Shown here: positions 45,823 to 54,452 of the stretch, piece by piece
Numbering within the stretch: the stretch's first letter is position 1
How the letters are laid out: the number at the start of each line of letters is the position of its first letter
DNA from: a virus
Lineage: Duplodnaviria; Caudoviricetes
IMG/VR virus record: IMGVR_UViG_3300020577_010873
Span: 1-64,000 of that record
DNA: 64,000 bases
Reading direction: 5' to 3' (one strand)
Position numbers and translations under genes: made by a program
The notes under the pieces: generated by a model
Databases searched by the model: none
Told to the model about the DNA's origin: nothing
What the model saw: the letters and a program-made list of their open reading frames with translations, nothing else

Positions 45823-47405
45823 CCCACGCTGGCCTTCGAATGAGTCTCCGCCGTCTGCTTCCCCGACACGATTTCGTCCAGGGCGAACATCGAAATCGCG
45901 TAGCTCATGGCGTCCCACGCGTGCTTATGCTTCTGGCCCAACGCCACAGCCTCGTTGCGCGTCTCGCCTTTGCGCAGGCCGCGGAACATATCCACGATGC
46001 CCTTGCAGTTGGCGCTTACGACGATCCGATTTTTCCGCAGCAGCATGGCCACGTAGTTCACGCGTTTCCGCACCCATCCCGGCCGCTTCACGTTCGCCGA
46101 CCCTACGAGACTGATCCTCCCTTCGGACTCCCGGTACACCTCTGCGGCGTCGGTTAGCTCCGCGTCCTCCGGCAGATCCTTGCGCGAGATCGCGGCCCTG
46201 AACTCGAAGGCGCTGCTGTCCGAGAAGTGGCGCCACGTGACGGGGAAGCCGGCGAACTTCTCCAGCGCATCCATCCGCTCCATCACCATCTCGGTGAACT
46301 CCCCGATCGTCACCTCCTGCTTTACGCATACCACCTCGTCGAGAACGCGGAAGTGGACCTTGTCCCCCACGTAGACCGGCTGGATTGCCGCCCAGGCGTG
46401 GTTCACGTCGCCGAGGTCCCAGCCGCCGAGGAGAAGCGGAAGGCCACCGTCGACCTCGACGTTCATCCCGTTGTCCGGGGCCAACACCACCCACTCGTTC
46501 TCGTCCCCGGACGAGATGTCCCCGAGGACGTGGGTGTTCGACCGGAAGGCGTTTCCGAACACGCCCTTGGTGGATCCGGCGATCCACTCGGACCCGATGT
46601 ACCGGCGGTAGAGAATCGGGTCGTGCGCGTAGGTGGCAATCAGGTCCGCCTTTTGGTCCGGGTGGAGGTACGTGTTCGACTCGATGGGCATGCACATCCG
46701 CTCCATCTGTTCGATCACGCGCTTCTTCGCCGCGATCATCTCGGGCGTGAAGTGCTCCGGCCACTCGTTGTTCGTGGCCCACTCCATCTCCGTGAAGAAC
46801 GGAGGGTACAGCCAATGATCTGGACCCTCGTCCGGAGGGTTCGTGTCGATCATCACCATGCGGTTCTCGAACGGGCAGGGACCGAACCGAAGCTGGGAAA
46901 TCGCGGTGTCGAGAATCTGCCGGTTCTCCGCCATCTCCTCCGCATCGTCTCCTCGGTAAAGGTGCCCCTCGGAAATCCACACGCCACTCCAGACGGTGGA
47001 CAGCAGCTTGTCCCGCGCCTCCTTCGCCTTCTCGATCGGGAACAGAACGAAGGTCGAGCGGGTGCCGTACTTGTTGAAAATCTGGCACTGCTCGATCTTG
47101 CTGATGCTGTCGCGCCAGGGCTGACGCGCCCACCCGAAGTCCGCCTCGTTCGAACCGATGCCGGCGTTGTTCCAGATCCCGAACGTGCCCTCTGTGAACT
47201 CCGGCCAGATGCCGAAATTGCCCTGGCGGTTGGTGCGGGTGATGAAAGCCACGCGGGCCTCATTGTGCCACCCGTGGTGCATCCACGCCTGCTCGACACC
47301 GATGGTCTTTCCGGAGCATCGCGCCCCGTAGACCATGCGGATCCGCTTACGCTTCTCGTTGAGATACCACTGTCGTTGGAGGTCCGTCAGTGGGGGGAGC
47401 CACAC
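45813..47405 (-). CDS. terL: Terminase large subunit
   Basis: Walker A GARCSGKT, coupling motif DTNPP, RNase H WDLG and HAWDAMSY. Confidence 0.92.
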   Translation of the reverse strand: MWLPPLTDLQRQWYLNEKRKRIRMVYGARCSGKTIGVEQAWMHHGWHNEARVAFITRTNRQGNFGIWPEFTEGTFGIWNNAGIGSNEADFGWARQPWRDSISKIEQCQIFNKYGTRSTFVLFPIEKAKEARDKLLSTVWSGVWISEGHLYRGDDAEEMAENRQILDTAISQLRFGPCPFENRMVMIDTNPPDEGPDHWLYPPFFTEMEWATNNEWPEHFTPEMIAAKKRVIEQMERMCMPIESNTYLHPDQKADLIATYAHDPILYRRYIGSEWIAGSTKGVFGNAFRSNTHVLGDISSGDENEWVVLAPDNGMNVEVDGGLPLLLGGWDLGDVNHAWAAIQPVYVGDKVHFRVLDEVVCVKQEVTIGEFTEMVMERMDALEKFAGFPVTWRHFSDSSAFEFRAAISRKDLPEDAELTDAAEVYRESEGRISLVGSANVKRPGWVRKRVNYVAMLLRKNRIVVSANCKGIVDMFRGLRKGETRNEAVALGQKHKHAWDAMSYAISMFALDEIVSGKQTAETHSKASVGYA

Positions 47406-47761
47406 CGGGCCTCCTTTCGCCGATCGAGCGCATCGTCGAGTTGGGCTGCGAACTTCGCGATGGCTGCCTTGGTCGTCGGCATTTTGTTGGCAGCCAAGTG
47501 CATCTTCAACGCGACGTGGATCTTTCGGTCAGGGTAGGACCACCTAACCCGGGCCATCTGTTCTTCCGTCACATCCAGCCGCCAGAAGTCCAGGCCGCAG
47601 CAGGAGCAGAATTTATCCGCCAGCGCCACGCGCCACGCCCCCCACCCGTCGGCAATCCACTTCTGGAGCGTGCGGATGGGAATGCCGATGGCCTGGGCGA
47701 TCTGCGAGTTAGACTTCTGGCAGATCGCCCGCACCACCGCCGGATGGACTTTGGTGGGCAT
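47387..47761 (-). CDS. HTH protein, terminase small subunit candidate
   Basis: NSQIAQAIGIPIRTLQKWI; immediately upstream of terL. Confidence 0.55.
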   Translation of the reverse strand: MPTKVHPAVVRAICQKSNSQIAQAIGIPIRTLQKWIADGWGAWRVALADKFCSCCGLDFWRLDVTEEQMARVRWSYPDRKIHVALKMHLAANKMPTTKAAIAKFAAQLDDALDRRKEARCGSPH

Positions 47762-49131
47762 CAGACGAAGTGGAAGCGCCCGCTGCCTCCAGTGGGCTCG
47801 GCGTTGGATGACCCGCCCCCGAGGGGGATGCGCTCGGTCGTGGGCGGAGGAACCACCGTGACCGTCGGAGACGGCGGCTTTGGTGGGGCGGCCGGTGCAG
47901 CGGGAGAGGGAGCGGTTCCGCGGGCGGCTTGGTAGATGCGCTGAATGTTCTGCTTCCCGTGGGCCAAAGCGGTGGCCATGAATGCCGCTGGCTCGTACCG
48001 AAATGAGAAGAACTGAGAACGCTTATCCGCCGGCAGCTTCTCGTATTCGGAACGAGGAATGAACTTGCGACCGTCCAACTCCACGGACGATCCGGATGCC
48101 TGAGCCTGGGATGCCAGGGTTTCGAACACGTCGACCATCTGCAAGATTTCGGCGTCCGGCTGGAATGGCGAATTGGGAGTCAGGGACTTGGTGGCCCGCT
48201 CCGCCACGGACTTCAGTTTGACCGCCGCGGGTTGGGCCAGGGCATAGGCGAATGCGTCCTTTGCCTTCAGTTCCTCCAAGTTCGCCACGCCAAACTGGGA
48301 CACCACGTCGGTCTCGGCGATGATTCCAGCGCCCGCAGCCTCGCCTTCCAACCTGACCCCAAACTCCCGCTGCTCCCGCTCGCGGAAGATTTTGTCGACC
48401 TTGGCCTCGGCAATCCGGTTGATCTTGATCTCGGTCTCAATCTGCTGGATTTCCTCCTCGTCGATGTTCGGCTTGTGCTGCTCCAAGACCGCCACGTGCT
48501 CAGGAGCGTTCTCGTCGAAGTCCTTTCCAGGGTTGTTCTTGGTCCAGTTCTCCACGTAGTCGGTGTAGAACTTCGTGTACCGATCGTTCCCTCCAACGAT
48601 GTCCTGCCCCTTGTAGTGCGGACGTGCGCTGGCGATCTTCACCGCCTCCCGGCGAAGCTCGAACGGGTCGTCCGGATTGGGCGTGGCCGCTGGCGGAGTT
48701 GAGGGCGGCTGCGTCTCGGTGGTCTGCGGCTTGATAGCCTCGGCGATCTTCTTCGCCAACTCATCGGGATTCAGCCGGTCGAGCTTCTTCGGTTCCCGCG
48801 GAGTCTCGGGCGCCGGGGTTGCGGGTGCCGCGGGTGCCGCGGGTGCCGCTGGTGCCGGAGGCGGAGTGCCGGCGGCGGGAGGGGCATCCGGAGTCTCGGG
48901 CGGCGGGAAGACCGGGTCGGGGATGACCGGGCGAACCGGCTCGGGGCTGCGGCGGATGCCGAAGGACGCCAGGAGTTCGCTGTCGCGGTCGTACGCCGAA
49001 ACCCCTTGATAGAGGTCGGCCTTGTGGAAAACCGCGAACTCTCCGGAGTTTCCGGACGGTTGCGCGGGCGCTGGAGGCGGGGTGGGTTGAACCGGCTGAA
49101 CGGGTTGCGTGGGCTGGATCTCGTCTGCCAT
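47761..49131 (-). CDS. Capsid scaffolding protein
   Basis: Pro-rich termini, charged helical core, first gene of the late unit. Confidence 0.65.
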   Translation of the reverse strand: MADEIQPTQPVQPVQPTPPPAPAQPSGNSGEFAVFHKADLYQGVSAYDRDSELLASFGIRRSPEPVRPVIPDPVFPPPETPDAPPAAGTPPPAPAAPAAPAAPATPAPETPREPKKLDRLNPDELAKKIAEAIKPQTTETQPPSTPPAATPNPDDPFELRREAVKIASARPHYKGQDIVGGNDRYTKFYTDYVENWTKNNPGKDFDENAPEHVAVLEQHKPNIDEEEIQQIETEIKINRIAEAKVDKIFREREQREFGVRLEGEAAGAGIIAETDVVSQFGVANLEELKAKDAFAYALAQPAAVKLKSVAERATKSLTPNSPFQPDAEILQMVDVFETLASQAQASGSSVELDGRKFIPRSEYEKLPADKRSQFFSFRYEPAAFMATALAHGKQNIQRIYQAARGTAPSPAAPAAPPKPPSPTVTVVPPPTTERIPLGGGSSNAEPTGGSGRFHFV

Positions 49132-49170
49132 ACGCGCAAACCCATACACCTAACGCGCACCCCTTGTCAC

Positions 49171-49184
49171 GTTGCAAATGCAAC
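49171..49184. promoter_or_regulatory. Palindrome GTTGCA-AA-TGCAAC upstream of the late unit
   Basis: 13 of 14 bases shared with 27231-27244. Confidence 0.55.
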
Positions 49185-49275
49185 CTGTGGGTTACTTGTG
49201 GTGGCACGTAGCCTACATGTAGTGGTTGGGTCCAGAAATGTATTGCACCCCGAAGCCCGCTGGTGTTTCTTGTGA

Positions 49276-49708
49276 GCGTCCGTTCGCTATAAGAGGCGAG
49301 TGGCTCGAACGACCGGTCCGGCCAGCGGATGGCAACGCCCCGGAAACCCTGCCAAGGGTCTCTTATCCGGTCGCCAATTTACCGAGCCCCGATTCGCATG
49401 CGTGCGGATCGGGGTTCTTCTTTCCCGGGCAATAAGGAGAGTCTCCGGGGGACCACATATGCCTCGGCGCCAAGCAGTCTTGTGCGGCCAATCGTGGGCG
49501 CCCAACGCTGTGCAAGCATGGAGCGGGCAGCACACCTCACCGCTTAATGGGCCACTGGGTGTCCAGTGGGGCCTCGGATGCCGCGAAAGAGCTAAGGGTT
49601 TACGCAGACAGCCACGCGCCCGAATACCGAGTGAAAAGCGAACGACGACCGACCGACGGTTAAGGTCCGTGAGCGAAGCCTTCCCCGGATGGGTGGGCTA
49701 TCGCTCAC
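49276..49708. ncRNA. Candidate large structured RNA (~430 nt)
   Basis: ORF-poor gap containing at least 8 stems and a long-range closing helix. Confidence 0.45.
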
Positions 49709-49745
49709 TCCTCCCTCCCTCCGATTAAGGTTCTGGTTCCCCGCA

Positions 49746-50612
49746 TTACTTCCTCTCCTCACGTCCGTACCCCGCATCATGTGGGACAATCCGCCAGAAT
49801 TTTGCAGCCTCCTCCGGCCCGATCATCTCGTAGTAGTGGGAGAGCAACACCCTGGGGCTGTTGCCCATGTCGCGCGAGACCGTGTCCGCCGAATCCCCAG
49901 CGGCGAGGCGCATGCTCGCGTGGGTGTGGCGCAGGATGTCTTGGTCCCAGGTGATGCCGGCGGCGGTGGCCAGGGATCGGCGGGCCCGGCGAAGGGTCGA
50001 GTGGGACGAGACGATCGGTCCCGATTCCTGGCGGTCGAGCGACAGCCACGCCGGAGCCGGATCCCTGAGCCGCACGACCCTCCGACTTCGGACCTTCGAG
50101 GCCGCGGCGTCGATGACGATGCACGGGTCGCCCGAGAGACGCACATGGGCCCAGGTGAGGCGCGACGCCTCCAGCGGTCGAAGGCCGGCGAACAGCCCGA
50201 GAACCACCCATGCGCGGATGCGGGTGTCCGCCAGTTGGAGCAGACGGGCGCACTCATTGGCCGTCAGAATGCGCGGGTGACGGCGCTCCACCGTGATGCG
50301 TTCGATGAAATCGCACGGGTTCTCGCGGATCCAGCCGCGGCGCTTGCAGAAGGAAAAGAGGGAACGTAGCCGGCCGACGTTCGAAGCCATGGTCGACGGT
50401 GATTCTGTTCGTGACGCGAACCACTCGTCGATCGCCTGGGCATTGATGGTCGAGACCTGTTGGGTTTCTCGACCCCGGCAAAACTGAGTGAGGTACTGGC
50501 GGAGGCTGGCGATGTAGGCCGGGCGCCGCTTCGCCGCCTCTTTCGCCCTTAGAACTGCGGACACGGCGGTGGAAAATCCGGGGCAGGAGCAGTGGGGCGG
50601 AAGTGGGTACAA
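49746..50612 (-). CDS. int: Tyrosine integrase (start TTG 50612, or upstream ATG 50750/50807)
   Basis: AGLRPLE (R), SKVRSRR (K), DILRH (xxxRH), MGNSP, SHYY (Y). Confidence 0.9.
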   Translation of the reverse strand: MYPLPPHCSCPGFSTAVSAVLRAKEAAKRRPAYIASLRQYLTQFCRGRETQQVSTINAQAIDEWFASRTESPSTMASNVGRLRSLFSFCKRRGWIRENPCDFIERITVERRHPRILTANECARLLQLADTRIRAWVVLGLFAGLRPLEASRLTWAHVRLSGDPCIVIDAAASKVRSRRVVRLRDPAPAWLSLDRQESGPIVSSHSTLRRARRSLATAAGITWDQDILRHTHASMRLAAGDSADTVSRDMGNSPRVLLSHYYEMIGPEEAAKFWRIVPHDAGYGREERK

Positions 50613-50677
50613 AGTGATGAGTTGGCGCAGATCACGACCGGGTATCGGATCTTCCTGGGAACTACTTAAGCGCCGAC

Positions 50678-50720
50678 CCACAATGCCATTGTGGTGCTCT
50701 ACCAACTGAGCTACGACCCC
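50678..50720 (-). other. attP-like core: 5' half (nt 1-43) of tRNA-Ala(GGC)
   Basis: GGGGTCG TA GCTC AGTTGGTA GAGC A CCACA ATGGCAT TGTGG, then no T-arm, acceptor 3' strand or CCA; directly upstream of the integrase core. Confidence 0.75.
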
Positions 50721-50770
50721 ACTTGCCTCGCGGCGGTGGAAGTCAGCCATCTCGGCGAGAGCACTGTCAA
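50721..50770 (-). promoter_or_regulatory. Stable-RNA-like promoter in front of the tRNA half
   Basis: Perfect TTGACA at 50765-50770; GC-rich CCACCGCCGCG discriminator-like tract; weak -10. Confidence 0.45.
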
Positions 50771-50818
50771 GGCCATCATGGTCGGCTCCATCCACGTGAT
50801 GCCTCATCGCTAGGGTCG

Positions 50819-51091
50819 TTACGCAGCGAGAGGCAGGTTAAAAGGCAGCGTGAGCGTTTTGGCGCCACCGGCCTTCAGGAGCAGCACTTCGATGACCTTG
50901 CGCGGATGCAAGTTGTACTTGTCGGCCATGCGCTTCAACACCGCCTCCGCCTCCTCGCCGAACTGGCGCTTGAACATCACGCTGTCTTCGATGATGCAGG
51001 TTTTCGAGCGCCCCGACCGCTCGTAAATGCGATTGATTTCATCGACGACAGGGCGCCCCAATCTATAGGTAGTTGCTTTTTTGTTGGTCAT
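50819..51091 (-). CDS. Ribbon-helix-helix regulator (repressor candidate)
   Basis: KATTYRLGRPVVDEINRIYERSGRSKTCII RHH pattern; co-oriented with int. Confidence 0.7.
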   Translation of the reverse strand: MTNKKATTYRLGRPVVDEINRIYERSGRSKTCIIEDSVMFKRQFGEEAEAVLKRMADKYNLHPRKVIEVLLLKAGGAKTLTLPFNLPLAA

Positions 51092-51130
51092 ACGAACCTC
51101 GCGTTTGCCCAAGTGGGCCTTTCGATTCTG

Positions 51131-51202
51131 AATTTACGGCTATAACATTTGGCGTCAAGTGGAAGTTTGATATTGTCGGGTGCAATACACGGCTATACGT
51201 TA
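51131..51202. promoter_or_regulatory. Divergent promoter/operator region
   Basis: TTGACG-N16-TAAATT (minus), TTGTCG-N17-TACGTT (plus); ACGGCTATA at 51136 and 51189. Confidence 0.6.
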
Positions 51203-51208
51203 ATTCCC

Positions 51209-51412
51209 ATGACGACGCCACACCCCAAAAAGGTCGGGCGCCCCGCAACAGGACGTACGAAAAAGGGCGCGTTCCTTTGGATGAGCAAGAAGACGGATTC
51301 GGACAGGAAGCAGATTGCCCGACGATTCCGGCTGACCCTAACCGATTCCGTTGCAGCCGCATTGGCCTTTGCCAATACCCACCCTGATTTCCGCGGCGTG
51401 GTGCCGCAGTAA
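51209..51412 (+). CDS. RHH/Arc-like regulator (Cro-position)
   Basis: GRPATGRTKKGAFLWMSKKTDSDRKQIARRFRLTLTDSV. Confidence 0.65.
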   Translation: MTTPHPKKVGRPATGRTKKGAFLWMSKKTDSDRKQIARRFRLTLTDSVAAALAFANTHPDFRGVVPQ

Positions 51413-51418
51413 CGGAAA

Positions 51419-51442
51419 AGGCCCCCGGACACCCGGGGGCCT
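51419..51442 (-). terminator. Hairpin with a U-tract on the minus strand
   Basis: AGGCCCCCGG-ACAC-CCGGGGGCCT preceded by AAAA. Confidence 0.55.
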
Positions 51443-51480
51443 CCAACCCAAATCCCGCAACAGCCGAAAGCTACCGAACC

Positions 51481-52458
51481 ATGAACGAATCGTCAACGTC
51501 GAGTATGGCTACTGCAACACAAGCAGAGCCGTCGTCCCAACAGGTGCAGTCCACCGAAGTGCAACCTACAGCACCGAAGGCCGTGGTTCCGATGGGAACG
51601 CGCGGTCTGGTGTTCGCCGATCTGGATGGACTGTGGCGCTTCAGCAAGTATGTCGCGGCGTCCGGATTGGCCCCGAAGGGCATCACCACTCCCGAGGCCA
51701 TTTTCGTCGCAATCCAGATGGGGCTTGAGGTGGGTCTGACCCCGATGGCCGCACTGCAAAACATTGCGGTCATCAACGGTCGCCCTTCGATTTGGGGTGA
51801 CGCGCAACTCGCGGTTGTCCGATCCACCGGCGATCTCACCGAGTTTTCCGAATGGTACGAGGTGGACGGCAAGCGTCTTCCGCGCAATCCCACTGCTTAC
51901 CCCGACAACCTCGTCGCGGTGTGCCGCGTCCAACGGCGGGGATATGCAGCGTCCGAACAGTCGTTCAGCGTGGCTGACGCCAAGTCCGCAGACCTGTGGG
52001 GAAAGGTCGGTCCGTGGAAACAATACCCGAGTCGCATGCTGCGCATGCGGGCACGCTCCTTTGCCCTGCGGGACCAGTTTGGTGACGCGCTGCGCGGACT
52101 CCGATCGACTGAGGAGGCCATGGACGGACCCACGATTGAAGTCGAGACCGAGACCGTGGCTCGGAACATTCCACCCACCGAATCCGCTCCACCACAGGCG
52201 ACGGTCAGCGAGCCCGCGCCGGCCGCGACGACCAAGCCCAAGCAGGCACGCGCGGCCAAGTCCGCGACGCCATCGTTCGCGCAGTGGTGCGCCGACCGTC
52301 AGATCGGTGAGTCCGATGCGCTGAATGCCATCCACCGCCTGTGGCCGGCGACCGAGACCATCGGGAGTCTGGACGAGATCGAGAAGAACCACCCGGCGCA
52401 GGCCAAGTACATCGTGGAGCACGAGGCGGAGTTCATCGCCGAGGTGAAAGCCAACTGA
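51481..52458 (+). CDS. recT: RecT-family single-strand annealing protein
   Basis: IQMGLEVGLTPMAALQNIAVINGRPSIWG and WKQYPSRMLRMRA motifs. Confidence 0.85.
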   Translation: MNESSTSSMATATQAEPSSQQVQSTEVQPTAPKAVVPMGTRGLVFADLDGLWRFSKYVAASGLAPKGITTPEAIFVAIQMGLEVGLTPMAALQNIAVINGRPSIWGDAQLAVVRSTGDLTEFSEWYEVDGKRLPRNPTAYPDNLVAVCRVQRRGYAASEQSFSVADAKSADLWGKVGPWKQYPSRMLRMRARSFALRDQFGDALRGLRSTEEAMDGPTIEVETETVARNIPPTESAPPQATVSEPAPAATTKPKQARAAKSATPSFAQWCADRQIGESDALNAIHRLWPATETIGSLDEIEKNHPAQAKYIVEHEAEFIAEVKAN

Positions 52459-52461
52459 TTT

Positions 52462-52596
52462 CCCGCGGGTCACGTGGGTCGCACCAGTTTCGGGAGTGCG
52501 AGTGTCCATGTCCACGCTACCGGCACCCGAGCATACGCGGGCGCATCAGAGACAACGGGCCTCATCTCTGGCCGGGCAATCCCGAAACCGAGGCCC
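52462..52596 (+). ncRNA. Candidate multi-pseudoknot RNA 5' of the RNA ligase
   Basis: Six complementary segments, including a 9-bp loop pairing GTTTCGGGA/TCCCGAAAC. Confidence 0.5.
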
Positions 52597-52609
52597 AAAC
52601 TTTCCTTCC

Positions 52610-53545
52610 ATGAAAACCGCAAGCATCGAATCCATCGTCAGCATCAAGCCTCATCCAAACGCCGAGCGCCTCGAACTTGCCACCGTGCTTGGGTGGCAGT
52701 GCGTGGTGAAGAAGGGAGAGTTCAAGCCCGGCGACCAAATCGTCTTCGTGCCGATCGACACGATTTTACCGAAGGAACCGTGGACCGAGTTTTTGGGAGA
52801 CAAGCTGCGAGTCCGCACGATCAAACTCCGCGGCGAGTACAGCCAGGGCATCGTCTTCCCTACATCCATCCTTCCCGGTGGGCGAGTGTGGCATGAGGGA
52901 TCCGATGTCGGGTGCGAACTCGGGGTGAAGAAGTACGAGAAAGAGATCCCGCTGGCGCTCTCCGGAACCCAACGCGGCAACTTCCCGTCTTATCTGGCGC
53001 CCAAGACAGACGAGGACAACGGTCTCTCGAATCCGCGTTTGGTCGAGGCGGTGTTAGCCAACCCCTGTTTCGCCACACTCAAACTCGACGGGTCGTCCTG
53101 TACCGTCATCGTGCAGAACAACAAGATCAAACACGTGTGCTCTCGCAACGTCGATCTCGTGGAAGATCCTGGCAACGCCTTTTGGTACGCGGCGCGCAAG
53201 ATCAACTGGGGTGCTCTGCCTGGACAGTGGGTTGTTCAGGGCGAGTTGATGGGGCCTGGAATCCAAGGGAACCAACTCGGGTTGTCCGAGCCAACTCTGT
53301 TCGTGTTCCAAGTGAAGTGGCCGTGCGGAAAGTGGACTGCTAACGGCATCGGATTGCCCAACGAAGTTCCATTCCTTGGTCCGGCGCCAGCGACGCTCGC
53401 GGAGTGTCAGGAGATGGCGGACAGACAAGTGCTCCCCAGCGGAAAGCCAGCCGAGGGCATCGTTATTCGCCCAGTCGGAATGCCCTCCTCTGGGATCGGT
53501 CGGCCTTTGGGGTTCAAGATCATCAACCGGAATTACGGCGAATGA
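52610..53545 (+). CDS. ATP-dependent RNA ligase, DRB0094-like
   Basis: HPNAERLELATVLGWQCVVKKG N-terminus; TLKLDGSS, QGELMG, EGIV and FKII motifs. Confidence 0.88.
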   Translation: MKTASIESIVSIKPHPNAERLELATVLGWQCVVKKGEFKPGDQIVFVPIDTILPKEPWTEFLGDKLRVRTIKLRGEYSQGIVFPTSILPGGRVWHEGSDVGCELGVKKYEKEIPLALSGTQRGNFPSYLAPKTDEDNGLSNPRLVEAVLANPCFATLKLDGSSCTVIVQNNKIKHVCSRNVDLVEDPGNAFWYAARKINWGALPGQWVVQGELMGPGIQGNQLGLSEPTLFVFQVKWPCGKWTANGIGLPNEVPFLGPAPATLAECQEMADRQVLPSGKPAEGIVIRPVGMPSSGIGRPLGFKIINRNYGE

Positions 53546-54372
53546 ACCTCCCCACCCAATACACCGACGGCGAGCAAGGCGCGTTCGACATCCCGTTCAA
53601 CGCCTACCGCGACGCAGATGGAGTGAACAACTCAACGCTGAAGCTGATGTACCCCACCCCGGCGCACGTGCTCGCCCCACGCGACAAAGAGGAGGAGACG
53701 CCGGAGATGATCCTGGGTTCGCTCATCCATCGGGCAATCCTAGAACCCGAAGTCCCCCTCTCGCGCATCGCGATAAAGCCCGAAGGGATGTCCTTTGCCA
53801 CCCGCGAGGGAAAGGCGTGGCGGGCGCAGCGCGAGGAGGCTGGCATGCTCATCGTGCCGGCCAAGGACTGGGAGTCGCTCGGCGGGTGCGTCAAGGCCGC
53901 GGCGACGAACCAATTCATCCGCGACGCCCTGCGCGGGGCAATGACCGAGGTCAGCCTGTTCGCCCAACTTCCGACCGACACGCTGATGCGCAAGGCCCGG
54001 GTCGATGCGGTGCCGGTCGGGAACTACCTGGGGGACATCAAGACCGTGGAGGACGCGTCTCCCGAGGCGATGCGGAAGTACCTCGCCGACCGCGGATACG
54101 TCCGTCAGGCCGCGTGGTATCTCAAGCTGTGGAACCATCTGTTTCCGAAAGACCAGCGCGACACCTTCGTTTTCTTCCTGCTGGAGAAGCGCCCCCCGTA
54201 CCTCTCCGCCTGCTATCAGGTGAGCACCGAGGCGCTGCGCATCGCAGACGATAAGAACGAGGAGCAGTTCACGTTGTTCCAACGGTGCGTCGAGACCAAC
54301 GAGTGGCCGGCGTACCCGCTCGAACCGCAGATCGTCGGCTTCAACCGCTGGACCACGAAGGAGAACCTGTGA
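53542..54372 (+). CDS. RecE/exonuclease VIII-like PD-(D/E)XK nuclease
   Basis: MILGSLIH, KARVDA, DIKT, YVRQAAWY. Confidence 0.85.
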   Translation: MNLPTQYTDGEQGAFDIPFNAYRDADGVNNSTLKLMYPTPAHVLAPRDKEEETPEMILGSLIHRAILEPEVPLSRIAIKPEGMSFATREGKAWRAQREEAGMLIVPAKDWESLGGCVKAAATNQFIRDALRGAMTEVSLFAQLPTDTLMRKARVDAVPVGNYLGDIKTVEDASPEAMRKYLADRGYVRQAAWYLKLWNHLFPKDQRDTFVFFLLEKRPPYLSACYQVSTEALRIADDKNEEQFTLFQRCVETNEWPAYPLEPQIVGFNRWTTKENL

Positions 54373-54452
54373 AGCAGTGCCCCCCGTGCAATCCGTACGT
54401 CATCGCCCGACGGAACACCCGAAAGCCTTCGAACAAGCGAGGACTCTAATCA

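Noticed and set aside
49276-49740. RNase P RNA, tmRNA or SRP RNA
   Set aside because: Only a weak AAGGAGAGTC resemblance to the RNase P P4 strand; other conserved boxes, tRNA-like ends and the SRP loop are absent
50640-50720. Complete tRNA-Ala gene
   Set aside because: No T-arm (TTCGA), no acceptor 3' strand and no CCA after position 43
49700-50820. Prophage-host boundary at the integrase
   Set aside because: Both sides are phage genes (late module on the left, switch and replication on the right)
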